In this document: positions 18,387 through 27,125 of the stretch, piece by piece
Layout of the letters: every line of letters begins with the position of its first letter
Numbering within the stretch: position 1 is the stretch's first letter
Source: a phage
DNA length: 47,149 nt
Sequence record: PZ445406.1
Direction: 5' to 3' (one strand)
Notes under the pieces: model-generated
Databases searched by the model: none
What the model saw: only the letters and a program-made list of their open reading frames with translations
Told to the model about the DNA's origin: nothing
Translations under genes and position numbers: made by a program

Positions 18387-19059
18387 TTGCAATGAAAACC
18401 GCCCTTGCGAATCCTCTCGGTGTAAGACTGCGGACTACCTTCGTTTTCTTACTCTTACCGCCTAGCTTCTTGTATTGGTCTGAGAATCCGTCATTAACAG
18501 GCACGGGAATAGCATCAGGCCATTTAAACCCATTGCCAGACCAAATACATGTCTTCTTAGGATATGCGTCGCGAGGCTTTATTAGGTCGCTAAAAAACGG
18601 GTGTAAATCATCTTCCGGCAAATAGCCTCCGTATTCGTAAGGGTGGAAAGTGTTATCAGGCTTTCGCCAAAGTGATGAAAGTACGCTTATCGGGTTCTCA
18701 ATCATGTATGGCACTTGGTACTTATTAGCCAGGTTAAAGGCAACTTTACACGCTTCAGCAGCTTCAATTTGGAAATTGGGGTTAGCAAGGCGCTTGCGCT
18801 CAAAGTGTCTTGACCCGCTCACCGCTAAATCCGTACAGGGCGGGAATGCCAAAATGAAATCAGGCTTCACATTAAAATCGAAGTCAGCATCTATCCATGC
18901 GTTAACATAGGTGATGTTGTGATGCTCAACCTTTGCATTTAAGTCACCGTAGCTCCCATGGTCAGAATCATCAAAGTTGAAACAGTAGCAAGTGTGACCA
19001 GCTTCAGCCCAATCTTTCACCGCAAGACCAGAGCCATCAAATAAAGACCAGATAACCAT
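18370..19059 (-). CDS. DNA cytosine-C5 methyltransferase-like protein
   Basis: Motif I-like LFDGSG, motif IV-like FPPCT, motif VI-like ENP; GAGAGGA SD. Confidence 0.45.
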   Translation of the reverse strand: MVIWSLFDGSGLAVKDWAEAGHTCYCFNFDDSDHGSYGDLNAKVEHHNITYVNAWIDADFDFNVKPDFILAFPPCTDLAVSGSRHFERKRLANPNFQIEAAEACKVAFNLANKYQVPYMIENPISVLSSLWRKPDNTFHPYEYGGYLPEDDLHPFFSDLIKPRDAYPKKTCIWSGNGFKWPDAIPVPVNDGFSDQYKKLGGKSKKTKVVRSLTPRGFARAVFIANSTNC

Positions 19060-19442
19060 TTTACAATCCTCTCTCGTTGTTTGTGCGACTAACTATACCA
19101 GGTTTTGCGTCTGAGTTTTAGCTATTCGTGCTATTGCATACACGTAACAGATGTAACTTGATGTATACAATCTAATCCGCGGAAAATGATATACGCCAAG
19201 TTACGCATGGTTACGCTATATTTACATTAAAATATCTATATATATCAACCATTTACTCTTATTATTATTATTATATATATTACTGTGTATATCATGTAAC
19301 TACCTCTATAGAGTGTTCCGGTTGCAATTTTAATATCATGTGGATTTATACAGTGTTGCACGGTGCTATACCAATGCACCCTCAGCAATAAATGATATAC
19401 ACGATATACACACTAGTTACATTGAGCTATAGCTGATCTGAG
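19060..19442. repeat. AT-rich divergent control region A with iterons and (TTA)5 microsatellite
   Basis: No credible ORF; tandem GATATACAC x2 at 19394-19411; (TTA)5 at 19259-19273; 19-mer ATATCTATATATATCAACC at 19232-19250 shared with region B. Confidence 0.6.
19092..19134 (-). promoter_or_regulatory. phage-type promoter module (leftward from region A)
   Basis: Minus strand ATAGCACGAATAGCTA, 21-22 bp spacer, TATAGT. Confidence 0.5.
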
Positions 19443-19787
19443 GTGCCAGAAAACGTAACTAGTGGCAATGCATACATGGAATTACAAGAATTCACACGTA
19501 AACTTAATAAATTGATAGGCACAAACGATTGGATTCCAGCAAGCCACGCGGATATAGTTAACCCATCGAAAGCAAGCAACCAAATAGATACGAAAATGGG
19601 AAAGAAAATAGATAGATACTCAGCTCACACCGTAATACTACCCAGCTATGCTCCGGTTTTTATTGGTGTAACTTACGAAGTGGCTCTTAGATTATGCGAG
19701 TCATCATATGGTAAAGACTGGAAAAACAAATCAATTAGAATAGAGAAGACAACTAGAGAACATATCAAAATCATCGCGGGGGTATAA
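19443..19787 (+). CDS. hypothetical protein
   Basis: First ORF rightward of control region A; start ambiguous (GTG 19443 or ATG 19476). Confidence 0.4.
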   Translation: MPENVTSGNAYMELQEFTRKLNKLIGTNDWIPASHADIVNPSKASNQIDTKMGKKIDRYSAHTVILPSYAPVFIGVTYEVALRLCESSYGKDWKNKSIRIEKTTREHIKIIAGV

Positions 19788-19788
19788 A

Positions 19789-19983
19789 ATGACTTACTAC
19801 ATTATCAAAGAGAAAAACAACGCGTTGTTCGGAGACTGCTACTTTGGCGGCCCAGCTGGATACACCACAGATAAGAACGAGGCCGACAGATTCGAGACTA
19901 AAGAAGAGGCTAGAGATGTACTGACCGGGTACTTCACTGAAGAAGATTTGAAGTCTGTTAAAGTTGTTAAAGTGAAGGAATAG
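19789..19983 (+). CDS. hypothetical protein
   Basis: 64-aa ORF, tightly packed. Confidence 0.45.
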   Translation: MTYYIIKEKNNALFGDCYFGGPAGYTTDKNEADRFETKEEARDVLTGYFTEEDLKSVKVVKVKE

Positions 19984-19986
19984 AAT

Positions 19987-20952
19987 ATGAGCTTTAAAGT
20001 TTTTACGAGAGAGGAACTAAGCAACGAGGCTTACCACGCTGAAACTGACCACATCTCAGGCTCCTCACTTGTTGAGATTATCCAGGGTTCACCAGCCAAG
20101 TGGAAGTTCAAGCAGCGCAATGGCGATAGCAAGGCTCTTAAATTCGGCACGCTGAGTCACACTTACATCCTGGAAGGTGACATGTTTGATAAAGAATACC
20201 TTCGCGCAACCGACCTTGACGCGATTGAAGGCTTAATTACAAGCCAGACCGGATTAGCAGCAGCACTTAAAAAAGTCGGTGTGGCTGGTACGTCAGGGAA
20301 GGGCTATAGCGAGCTAGTAGAGATGATGTATCGTTCAGGTGAGGATTGGCCTGTTAAATGGCTAATTGAGCAGCAGGAGAGCGCTCAGGCGCTTTTGGAG
20401 GGTAAGCAGCTAGTTAGCGCAGCAGACTATGACAAAGTGGTGGCAATGCGTGAAGTTCTTTGCAATATCCCGGCATACAATGCAATCGTGAATAGCGACA
20501 CCGCACAGAAAGAGCTATCAATCTTCGGTGAGATTCTCGGTGTCGGAGTAAAGATTCGAATCGACCATGTTGACGTTGTTGATGGAGTGGTCCGCATTAC
20601 AGATTATAAAACCACAGCGGACGCAAGCCCTGAAGGATTCGGTAAGTCTGCATTCTCTCACGGATACCTTGCAAAAATGGCTCTTCAGCGCGATCTGCTT
20701 GTGAAGGCGTTCAACGAGAAGCGAAAGGTTGTTGTGGGTTTGCTGGCGCAGGAGAAGGTGGAGCCATACTTACCAATGCTGTATACCCTAACTGACGAGC
20801 AGCTACGAATTGGCCGACTCCAGTATCTTGAGGCGCTAGCAAATTACAAGAAGTGCAGGGAGCTAGATATCTGGCCTGGCTACTCGAATGGCATTACAGA
20901 GCAAGAATTGATGATTCCTGAGTGGGCAATTAAACAATATAGAGAGATATAA
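19987..20952 (+). CDS. PD-(D/E)XK recombination exonuclease (putative)
   Basis: RIDHVD...ITDYKT nuclease-like motifs; adjacent to Erf and SSB. Confidence 0.5.
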   Translation: MSFKVFTREELSNEAYHAETDHISGSSLVEIIQGSPAKWKFKQRNGDSKALKFGTLSHTYILEGDMFDKEYLRATDLDAIEGLITSQTGLAAALKKVGVAGTSGKGYSELVEMMYRSGEDWPVKWLIEQQESAQALLEGKQLVSAADYDKVVAMREVLCNIPAYNAIVNSDTAQKELSIFGEILGVGVKIRIDHVDVVDGVVRITDYKTTADASPEGFGKSAFSHGYLAKMALQRDLLVKAFNEKRKVVVGLLAQEKVEPYLPMLYTLTDEQLRIGRLQYLEALANYKKCRELDIWPGYSNGITEQELMIPEWAIKQYREI

Positions 20953-20953
20953 A

Positions 20954-21418
20954 ATGAACAAAGATTGCTGGCAGACTCCTTTAGAGTTATTTAAACCAAT
21001 AGATGAAAAATACAACTTCGAGGTTGACGTATGTGCCAGTCCAGAGAACGCGCTTTGTGAATACTTCTGGACCGTAGATGATGACTGCTTGCAACAGGAT
21101 TGGGGTGATGATGGCGGTTTCGTTTGGTGTAATCCACCATATAGCAATCCATTACCATTTGTTGAAAAGTGCCAGCAATACGGATATGCAGTCATGCTAT
21201 TGAATCAGGATACGTCAACAAAATGGGCTAAGATAGTCTTTGAAAAAGCATCAAAGGTTATACTTTTATCAGACAGGGTTAGATTTATAAATCCAGTAAC
21301 ACTTGAGGTTGGCAAGTCAAACCCAAAATGCCAGATGATTGTTGTTTTCGACAAGAGCAGTAATACTGGTGTTGATATACGCTGGTGCTCAATAAAAGAA
21401 ATTCATAAGCACATATAA
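20954..21418 (+). CDS. dam: DNA N6-adenine methyltransferase (phage Dam family)
   Basis: WQTP N-terminal motif and catalytic NPPY. Confidence 0.75.
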   Translation: MNKDCWQTPLELFKPIDEKYNFEVDVCASPENALCEYFWTVDDDCLQQDWGDDGGFVWCNPPYSNPLPFVEKCQQYGYAVMLLNQDTSTKWAKIVFEKASKVILLSDRVRFINPVTLEVGKSNPKCQMIVVFDKSSNTGVDIRWCSIKEIHKHI

Positions 21419-21462
21419 ATAGCACTTTTTGTTAAAACGAAATTAATGTTTTTCGTTATAGT
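21419..21462 (+). promoter_or_regulatory. phage-type promoter module
   Basis: ATAGCAC-tttt-TTGTTA, 22-bp spacer, TATAGT; overlaps dam stop. Confidence 0.5.
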
Positions 21463-21494
21463 TAAAGAACACAAGAAAACAATGGGGGTTAGTC

Positions 21495-21710
21495 ATGTTA
21501 AAATTAGAATGCATCAATTTTCCAATCACGTTTAACAGCAATGGGAATGGTGAAATCACTTTCAACACAAAAGATAATGGGGTGTGGGAAGACGATGAAG
21601 TTTCCACTATTGGCCTGGATCATTTCATTGAACAACACAACATAAAGAACCCTAAGAACTCAAGCAAAAAAGATTACTATTACTACAGTATGGGTAACGA
21701 ACGAGGTTAA
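21495..21710 (+). CDS. hypothetical protein
   Basis: Phage-type promoter upstream; GGGGG SD. Confidence 0.45.
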   Translation: MLKLECINFPITFNSNGNGEITFNTKDNGVWEDDEVSTIGLDHFIEQHNIKNPKNSSKKDYYYYSMGNERG

Positions 21711-21714
21711 AAAC

Positions 21715-21789
21715 ATGAATCTTCACCCGCTTACATATATACACATTATCGCCTGGATCGGTTTATTCATTTACTTATTCAATCTATAA
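21715..21789 (+). CDS. 24-aa hydrophobic micro-ORF (MNLHPLTYIHIIAWIGLFIYLFNL)
   Basis: GAGG SD 8 nt upstream; fills the gap before erf; absent from ORF track (under 60 aa). Confidence 0.3.
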   Translation: MNLHPLTYIHIIAWIGLFIYLFNL

Positions 21790-21800
21790 GGATTCATATA

Positions 21801-22451
21801 ATGCAAATTTCAGAATCATTCAAGTCCATTTTAAGTGCGCTTCACAGAGCTAAATCGATGTTTGCTAAAGCTGAGAGATCGCAGCAAAACTCACATCTTA
21901 AGAACAGATACGCTAAATTAGAAGATGTTTTAGCGGCAGTTGAGCCCGGGCTTGATGAGTGCGGATTAGTGATGTTCCAAAGCGTAATTGACGATGAATC
22001 AACTAACCGATTAAAGGTTGAGACAAAAATCTTCCACGCGGAATCTGGAGAGTGGGTTAGCTTCTTAATGATTGTTCCAATCAGCAAGCAAGACGCTCAA
22101 GGTTACGGATCCGCACTTACATATGCTCGACGATATGGCATTACATCGGCTTTAGGGCTTAGCCAGGCTGATGATGATGGCAATCTCGCAGCTAAAGGCG
22201 TCAAGGACTTTAAACGAGAGCTTGAGAAGTGCAATACTCTTGATGAGCTTCGTAATGTATGGAAGGAGGCTAAGCAGTCACTTGATGCAGCAGGATGGAA
22301 GGTTTTCGAACCTCACATTATAGAGCGAAAAGCTGAAATCGAAGCAAACGCAGCAACTGGATTCAACCCAGCCACACCCAAGAAAGTTGCAGAAAAAAGT
22401 AGTGATAAAGAAAAGATTGAAGTAGAATCTCAACAAATCGACACATTCTAA
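21801..22451 (+). CDS. erf: Erf-family single-strand annealing protein
   Basis: 216 aa; placed between exonuclease and SSB; family call from memory. Confidence 0.55.
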   Translation: MQISESFKSILSALHRAKSMFAKAERSQQNSHLKNRYAKLEDVLAAVEPGLDECGLVMFQSVIDDESTNRLKVETKIFHAESGEWVSFLMIVPISKQDAQGYGSALTYARRYGITSALGLSQADDDGNLAAKGVKDFKRELEKCNTLDELRNVWKEAKQSLDAAGWKVFEPHIIERKAEIEANAATGFNPATPKKVAEKSSDKEKIEVESQQIDTF

Positions 22452-22491
22452 ATTTAACGGGGCTACGTCCCCAACAATAGAGAGATAAAAA

Positions 22492-22920
22492 ATGCACGTA
22501 ATTACTGGTCAGATTCGCCGCGCTCCGTTCACTAAAGAAGGTCAAAACGCCAATGGTACATGGAAAATGTTTGCTGTTGATTTGAGTGAGAGATACAAGG
22601 ATAAAGATGGGCAGACTCAGTATAGTAACTATCGCGCAGTCTTCTTCGCGAAAGAGTCTATGCTGGATTGGTATAACGAGGCATTTCAAGAAGGTAAAGT
22701 TGTTAGCGTTAGCGCAGATACTCTTTCTGTTGATGTTCGTGATAAAGATGGTAAGACTTACGTAACAATCAACATGAACAACCCTAGACTTGAGTTTAGT
22801 CAGCGAGGTGAAAGTGGTGTTCAGCAGCAACAGCCAAGACAACAGCAGCAACAACCGCAAGCACAACAGCAGAAGCTTCAGCCGCAGCAGCAGCAATTTG
22901 ATGACTCCATTCCATTCTAA
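22492..22920 (+). CDS. ssb: single-stranded DNA-binding protein
   Basis: Gln/Pro-rich linker and acidic C-terminal tip DDSIPF resembling E. coli SSB DDDIPF. Confidence 0.7.
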   Translation: MHVITGQIRRAPFTKEGQNANGTWKMFAVDLSERYKDKDGQTQYSNYRAVFFAKESMLDWYNEAFQEGKVVSVSADTLSVDVRDKDGKTYVTINMNNPRLEFSQRGESGVQQQQPRQQQQQPQAQQQKLQPQQQQFDDSIPF

Positions 22921-22927
22921 TAAAAGA

Positions 22928-22951
22928 TAAAGCCCCTTTCGGGGCTTTTTT
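22928..22951. terminator. bidirectional terminator between ssb and tail fiber gene
   Basis: AAAGCCCC-tttc-GGGGCTTTTTT. Confidence 0.65.
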
Positions 22952-22952
22952 A

Positions 22953-25481
22953 TTAACCTATCTTAGTATAAGTCCATTGGTATGTTGCAGCGCCCTGTGC
23001 AGTTATCCCGACAGTTCTTCCGCTTACATCCATTGAAGTGAAAACGCCAGTTTTTGTAATTGTTATTGATGATGTTGTACCATCAAAAAGTACATCAGCA
23101 ATTACACTATAGTTAGCCCCGGCCCCAGTAACCCAGGTCGAAACCTTGTATAAACCTGCGTTGTTTGGCAACTCAAAAAGACCAGTTGAAACATTAGCCT
23201 GAACAGCCATAGCGCCCTTTCCGGTGTATACACCGTCAGTTTTAAGTCCTAATGATGAATACGTTTGCTTATAACCGCCAACGATCATGCCACCCATTGG
23301 TTCAGTAAACCAGTTCACATTACCCTGACTAACAACCGATATAGCAGGAGAGCCACCTTTAGCTGACTGGAACCTACCGCTCAAAACGTCAATTCTAGAT
23401 GTTGAATCCTGGGCGTAGATAGTTACAGGATACCCACCAGAACCAGTGTAAACCAAGCCGTTATCATTAATATCATCTTCAGATGAGTCAATGATTACAT
23501 GGGAAGTTCCAGACGCCTTGATGTACGAAACAACACCACCGGAACCAGCGCCTGTTGTTCTAACTTCATTCTTCCATGATGTTAGGCCTGAAATCCTGCC
23601 ATTTGAGTTATTAAACCTAATCAGGCAACAATCCTGAGAACCGTTCGTGTCAATAATGTTACCTTCGACGTCCATTCCCAGTATGTTTACGCTATGACTG
23701 TTAATAAAGTTAATTCCAGCACCACCGTAAGAACCAGATGTTGATGATATATTGCTGGCATCCATTGCGCAGTTAATCATCGTCACGCTCATCACTGAAC
23801 CAAATTCATAAGGTGAAATGCAATCTGATGCGTAACAAGTCTCAAGCAATATTGTCGTCCCAGTCGCCTTGATGAATCCCGTCCTGCAATTCCTGGCCCA
23901 AACATTCTGTAACTTAGTTTGGTATGTTCCAGTGGTATCCGTGTAACAGCCCCACGCTCCATGTACCGTGCAATCTTTGATGCATGAATTTTCCAGACCA
24001 GTTGCAGAACCAACATTAGAAACGAAGTTAAATGCTATCTTTTGATCATTCCCTGGTGCTGAGGTAGGCGTAGTGCCTGGGTTATAAAAAATGTAAAGTC
24101 CCTCAATAAACACTTGATACATTCTTATGTTTTGCGCATCACCCTGAACCAGGGCAAACAGGTTAATGTTCCCATCAACTGAGATAAATGCTTGCGCCCT
24201 GTTAATTTGGTCTGTCCCCTCCCCAATAATTCTTGTGCTGTTCCCAATCCTTACCGTCCTGTTAATAAACATAAAACCTTTTGGTATGTATACAGTTTTA
24301 CCGGTATTAACTGCCGCCTGAAGCGCAACTGAGTCAAGTGACTCATTAAGGTTTGATGCAAATGGATAAACAGCCCGTGCAGCCTCAATTGTAGAGAATT
24401 TAGATGACAGCGGAACTAAAGTGCCATTGTTTGTAGCACCAAAATCCATGACGTTAACAAAGTCACCAAGTTTACTTTCCTTGCTCCTTTCTACAGATGA
24501 GGTCAATGTCGATTTGTAATTCATCGAACTGAATCGTGATTGAGCCTCAGTCGTTGAATAAACATCAAGCAGACCCCTTACCCTTAAGGCGCTGGATCCA
24601 CCAGTAGCTCCATCTCCACCAGGAACGCTTAGAAGTTCCCTTACATAAAAATTCCTAGAACCAGTAGCTCCAGTAATGGTAATTTCCGCAACCCTAAAAA
24701 CGGCGTTTGAGGTTGTAGAAGGAGAAATTCTTACTACGTTACTTCCATTAACACCACGCGTCGCAAGAACATCAATACAAATAGTAGTGTTTGTCGCCGG
24801 GAACATTGAACTTAAGGCTGACGGAATGTTAACCATGTTTGCAATTTTGCACTGGTAGCTACCACCTGAATAAAATTGCATTGTCTGCCAGTCAAGGGAT
24901 GTAAGCAGTGGTGTTGTAGTACTTCCTATGCCGTGTTCTGCAAAGTAAGCCACTGCGGCCGTATTCCCAGCTGCATTTATTGCGTTAACGGTTCTGTTGT
25001 ATGAGTTCAGTGCATTATTGCTAGCACCAACGGCAGTTGATGCACTTTCTGCGGCAGAAATTTGACTAGCAAGTGCCTCTGCAGCTCCGGTAGTTGACTG
25101 AGTTGCTAACTGTTCAAATCGAGGCCAATCGAAGGTGTCTTGACCAATAAATTGCAGCAATCCTTCGATGGATGTCTCCTTTGACTGATAGTAACGCAGA
25201 GTCTCAGCAACATTCTGAGCTAAACCCGGAGCGGTAATCCCATCGTGCGCAAGAATCGCGTAACCAGTTCCGGCAGGAACAGTTTCAGAGTTAGGGTTAT
25301 AAACATTAATCTTAGTGTCGCTGACAATTTCCGAGATGGCGTAGATCTTTATCGGGTTAGTTTTGAAAATGATAGTAGCACCTACGCGAATCAGTGTAAG
25401 CGGTGCTTTCCATGTTGTACCAACACCAGTTACCTCTCCATTCGCGGCTAGTGACGCTGTTCCTAAGTCATAAATTGCCAT
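22953..25481 (-). CDS. tail fiber / tailspike protein
   Basis: About 840 aa, Thr/Ser/Gly/Asn-rich; probable ATG at 25481 (track start 25511 is GTG). Confidence 0.6.
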   Translation of the reverse strand: MAIYDLGTASLAANGEVTGVGTTWKAPLTLIRVGATIIFKTNPIKIYAISEIVSDTKINVYNPNSETVPAGTGYAILAHDGITAPGLAQNVAETLRYYQSKETSIEGLLQFIGQDTFDWPRFEQLATQSTTGAAEALASQISAAESASTAVGASNNALNSYNRTVNAINAAGNTAAVAYFAEHGIGSTTTPLLTSLDWQTMQFYSGGSYQCKIANMVNIPSALSSMFPATNTTICIDVLATRGVNGSNVVRISPSTTSNAVFRVAEITITGATGSRNFYVRELLSVPGGDGATGGSSALRVRGLLDVYSTTEAQSRFSSMNYKSTLTSSVERSKESKLGDFVNVMDFGATNNGTLVPLSSKFSTIEAARAVYPFASNLNESLDSVALQAAVNTGKTVYIPKGFMFINRTVRIGNSTRIIGEGTDQINRAQAFISVDGNINLFALVQGDAQNIRMYQVFIEGLYIFYNPGTTPTSAPGNDQKIAFNFVSNVGSATGLENSCIKDCTVHGAWGCYTDTTGTYQTKLQNVWARNCRTGFIKATGTTILLETCYASDCISPYEFGSVMSVTMINCAMDASNISSTSGSYGGAGINFINSHSVNILGMDVEGNIIDTNGSQDCCLIRFNNSNGRISGLTSWKNEVRTTGAGSGGVVSYIKASGTSHVIIDSSEDDINDNGLVYTGSGGYPVTIYAQDSTSRIDVLSGRFQSAKGGSPAISVVSQGNVNWFTEPMGGMIVGGYKQTYSSLGLKTDGVYTGKGAMAVQANVSTGLFELPNNAGLYKVSTWVTGAGANYSVIADVLFDGTTSSITITKTGVFTSMDVSGRTVGITAQGAATYQWTYTKIG

Positions 25482-25504
25482 TGTGTAAAGTCTCCATTTG
25501 TAAA

Positions 25505-25522
25505 ATAGCACGATTTGCTAAA
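25505..25522. promoter_or_regulatory. isolated copy of the TAGCAC/TGCTA palindrome (operator-like)
   Basis: ATAGCACGATTTGCTAAA between primase terminator and tail fiber start, with no matching -10 at the usual spacing. Confidence 0.35.
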
Positions 25523-25546
25523 GTTGATTGTAGCATCTTTAGGGCA

Positions 25547-25570
25547 TAAAAAAACCTCCCGAAGGAGGTT
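25547..25570 (-). terminator. intrinsic terminator after primase (minus strand)
   Basis: ACCTCC-cgaa-GGAGGT hairpin with A7 on plus strand (T7 on minus). Confidence 0.55.
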
Positions 25571-26492
25571 AGTCTAGTAATTCGCTTGCTTTATATATTC
25601 TCTTCCTTATGCCTGACTTGAAAAAATTATCATCATTTGGGATTACAACATCAAGATTGCGATCATCAGCAACAGCGAGTAAATCAAAAGCGTGGCGAGT
25701 ACAAGCGATGCGTAACTTGTAGTTTCTAAGCGCGTAAGCAACCATTTCCATGTTGTAACTGGAGTGGCAAACAAGCACGCAGCGGTTGCCAGTAGCAATA
25801 TTGACGCGAACACCATCAATCCAATTATCGACCAGATAAGCGTACTCATCATCCTTAAAGGAACCAATAACAGAAACAGATTGGCGAGTATAATCTTTTG
25901 CAGCATAACTAACATTTCCCTCTTCATTGATAAACATTACATTGCACATTTCTTCTGATATACCTTCACTATAAGCCATAAAGCACGGTACTGCGTGGAT
26001 TAGTTCGCCTGACTTTGCCCTGCCAACATCAAAACCGAACTCACTATAAATACCCTCGTATGTACTTAGCGGCGTTGATTCTACTCTTTCCGTCCTTTCC
26101 ATTATCTCTAGGCATCTTTCGTGGTCAATCTGAGCGCCCATCTTGTAGAGCTGGGTTCTTGATGCTTGCTTATTTGCCTTATTAACAACTTCTACAGGGA
26201 TAAGGTTTAGCCACTCACCGAGAACGTCGATACATTCACTGAATGACTGCCCTCTCATTTTTTGAACCCAGACAATTCCATCTCCCGAGCCGCACTGGTT
26301 GCAGATAATTCCACCGTCACCATCTACACTAACCTTGTTTGTCCACCTTGCCCTATCGTGACCTCCACAATAAATACATGGCTGGTGCTTCTTGGTCTGG
26401 AAGAACTTTGGGTCAGCGCCGCAGATATTGATAAGCGCCTTATCCCACAGGCCGCGCATTCTGGGTAAAACCTCTTTCTTATCGTGGTGCAT
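25569..26492 (-). CDS. DNA primase (zinc-ribbon plus Toprim-like)
   Basis: CIYCGG...CNQCGS zinc-binding motif; terminator on minus strand directly downstream. Confidence 0.55.
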   Translation of the reverse strand: MHHDKKEVLPRMRGLWDKALINICGADPKFFQTKKHQPCIYCGGHDRARWTNKVSVDGDGGIICNQCGSGDGIVWVQKMRGQSFSECIDVLGEWLNLIPVEVVNKANKQASRTQLYKMGAQIDHERCLEIMERTERVESTPLSTYEGIYSEFGFDVGRAKSGELIHAVPCFMAYSEGISEEMCNVMFINEEGNVSYAAKDYTRQSVSVIGSFKDDEYAYLVDNWIDGVRVNIATGNRCVLVCHSSYNMEMVAYALRNYKLRIACTRHAFDLLAVADDRNLDVVIPNDDNFFKSGIRKRIYKASELLD

Positions 26493-26550
26493 ATCAGTCT
26501 ATCTCTTAACAAATAAAAAAGGATGTACCGATTATGGCACATCCAATTCT

Positions 26551-27024
26551 TTACTCTTTAGCTTTTCGTGCTGCTTCGTTGGCGGCCTTGATCTTGCGCC
26601 ATGATCGACACTCTGGCTTGGTGGCTAATTCAGCCTCAGTAACAACGCGCAGCATGTGACGTTTTTTGCATCGTAGTGTAAGCGGTTTTCCGTTACCGTC
26701 GAATTGCAGGTCCGGTCGACAGAATGTAGCGCGAAAACCTTCCCCAGTTCGTTTGTAGTAGTTATGCGACAGTTGAGCGCCACGTGCAGAAATCATACCA
26801 CGCTTAAACCATTCTTCCACGGCCTGAGGAGTTACCTTTAGCTGCTTTGCGATATTCGCCTTTGTGCCGAAGAAATCAAGTAGCATCTCAAGCCGCGCAC
26901 GTAGCCCTGCCCTTACTTCATCTTTTAAAACGTAGTAGCCTGAAGGTCGTTTGCGCTTCTTTTTGTCTTCAGTGCGGACGGTTCCGTTATTCCCGTTAAT
27001 GGTTCGCTTGTCTACTGCATTCAT
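26551..27024 (-). CDS. HTH DNA-binding protein (candidate transcriptional regulator)
   Basis: Basic protein with Cro-like segment IAKQLKVTPQAVEEWFKRG; divergent from helicase promoter. Confidence 0.5.
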   Translation of the reverse strand: MNAVDKRTINGNNGTVRTEDKKKRKRPSGYYVLKDEVRAGLRARLEMLLDFFGTKANIAKQLKVTPQAVEEWFKRGMISARGAQLSHNYYKRTGEGFRATFCRPDLQFDGNGKPLTLRCKKRHMLRVVTEAELATKPECRSWRKIKAANEAARKAKE

Positions 27025-27036
27025 TTCATCACCTCA

Positions 27037-27080
27037 ATAGCATTTTTTGTTAAAAGTCATTCTGGTTTAATGGTATTATT
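27037..27080 (+). promoter_or_regulatory. phage-type promoter module (drives helicase)
   Basis: ATAGCAT-tttt-TTGTTA, 21-22 bp spacer, TATTAT. Confidence 0.45.
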
Positions 27081-27106
27081 GTAATCAATTAAACGCTACA
27101 AGACAA
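27078..27106 (-). promoter_or_regulatory. sigma70-like promoter for HTH gene 26551-27024
   Basis: Minus strand TTGTCT, 17-bp spacer, TACAAT; overlaps helicase promoter back-to-back. Confidence 0.4.
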
Positions 27107-27125
27107 TTTTTATAGGAATTTAGAT

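Noticed and set aside
22363-22896. 177-aa minus-strand ORF antisense to ssb
   Set aside because: Leu-rich low-complexity mirror image of the Gln-rich SSB linker; no SD or promoter; SSB on the plus strand has clear family features.
22800-22905. CAG/CAA-rich repeat in the 3' part of ssb
   Set aside because: It encodes the flexible Gln/Pro-rich linker typical of SSB proteins and is in frame; not an independent repeat element.
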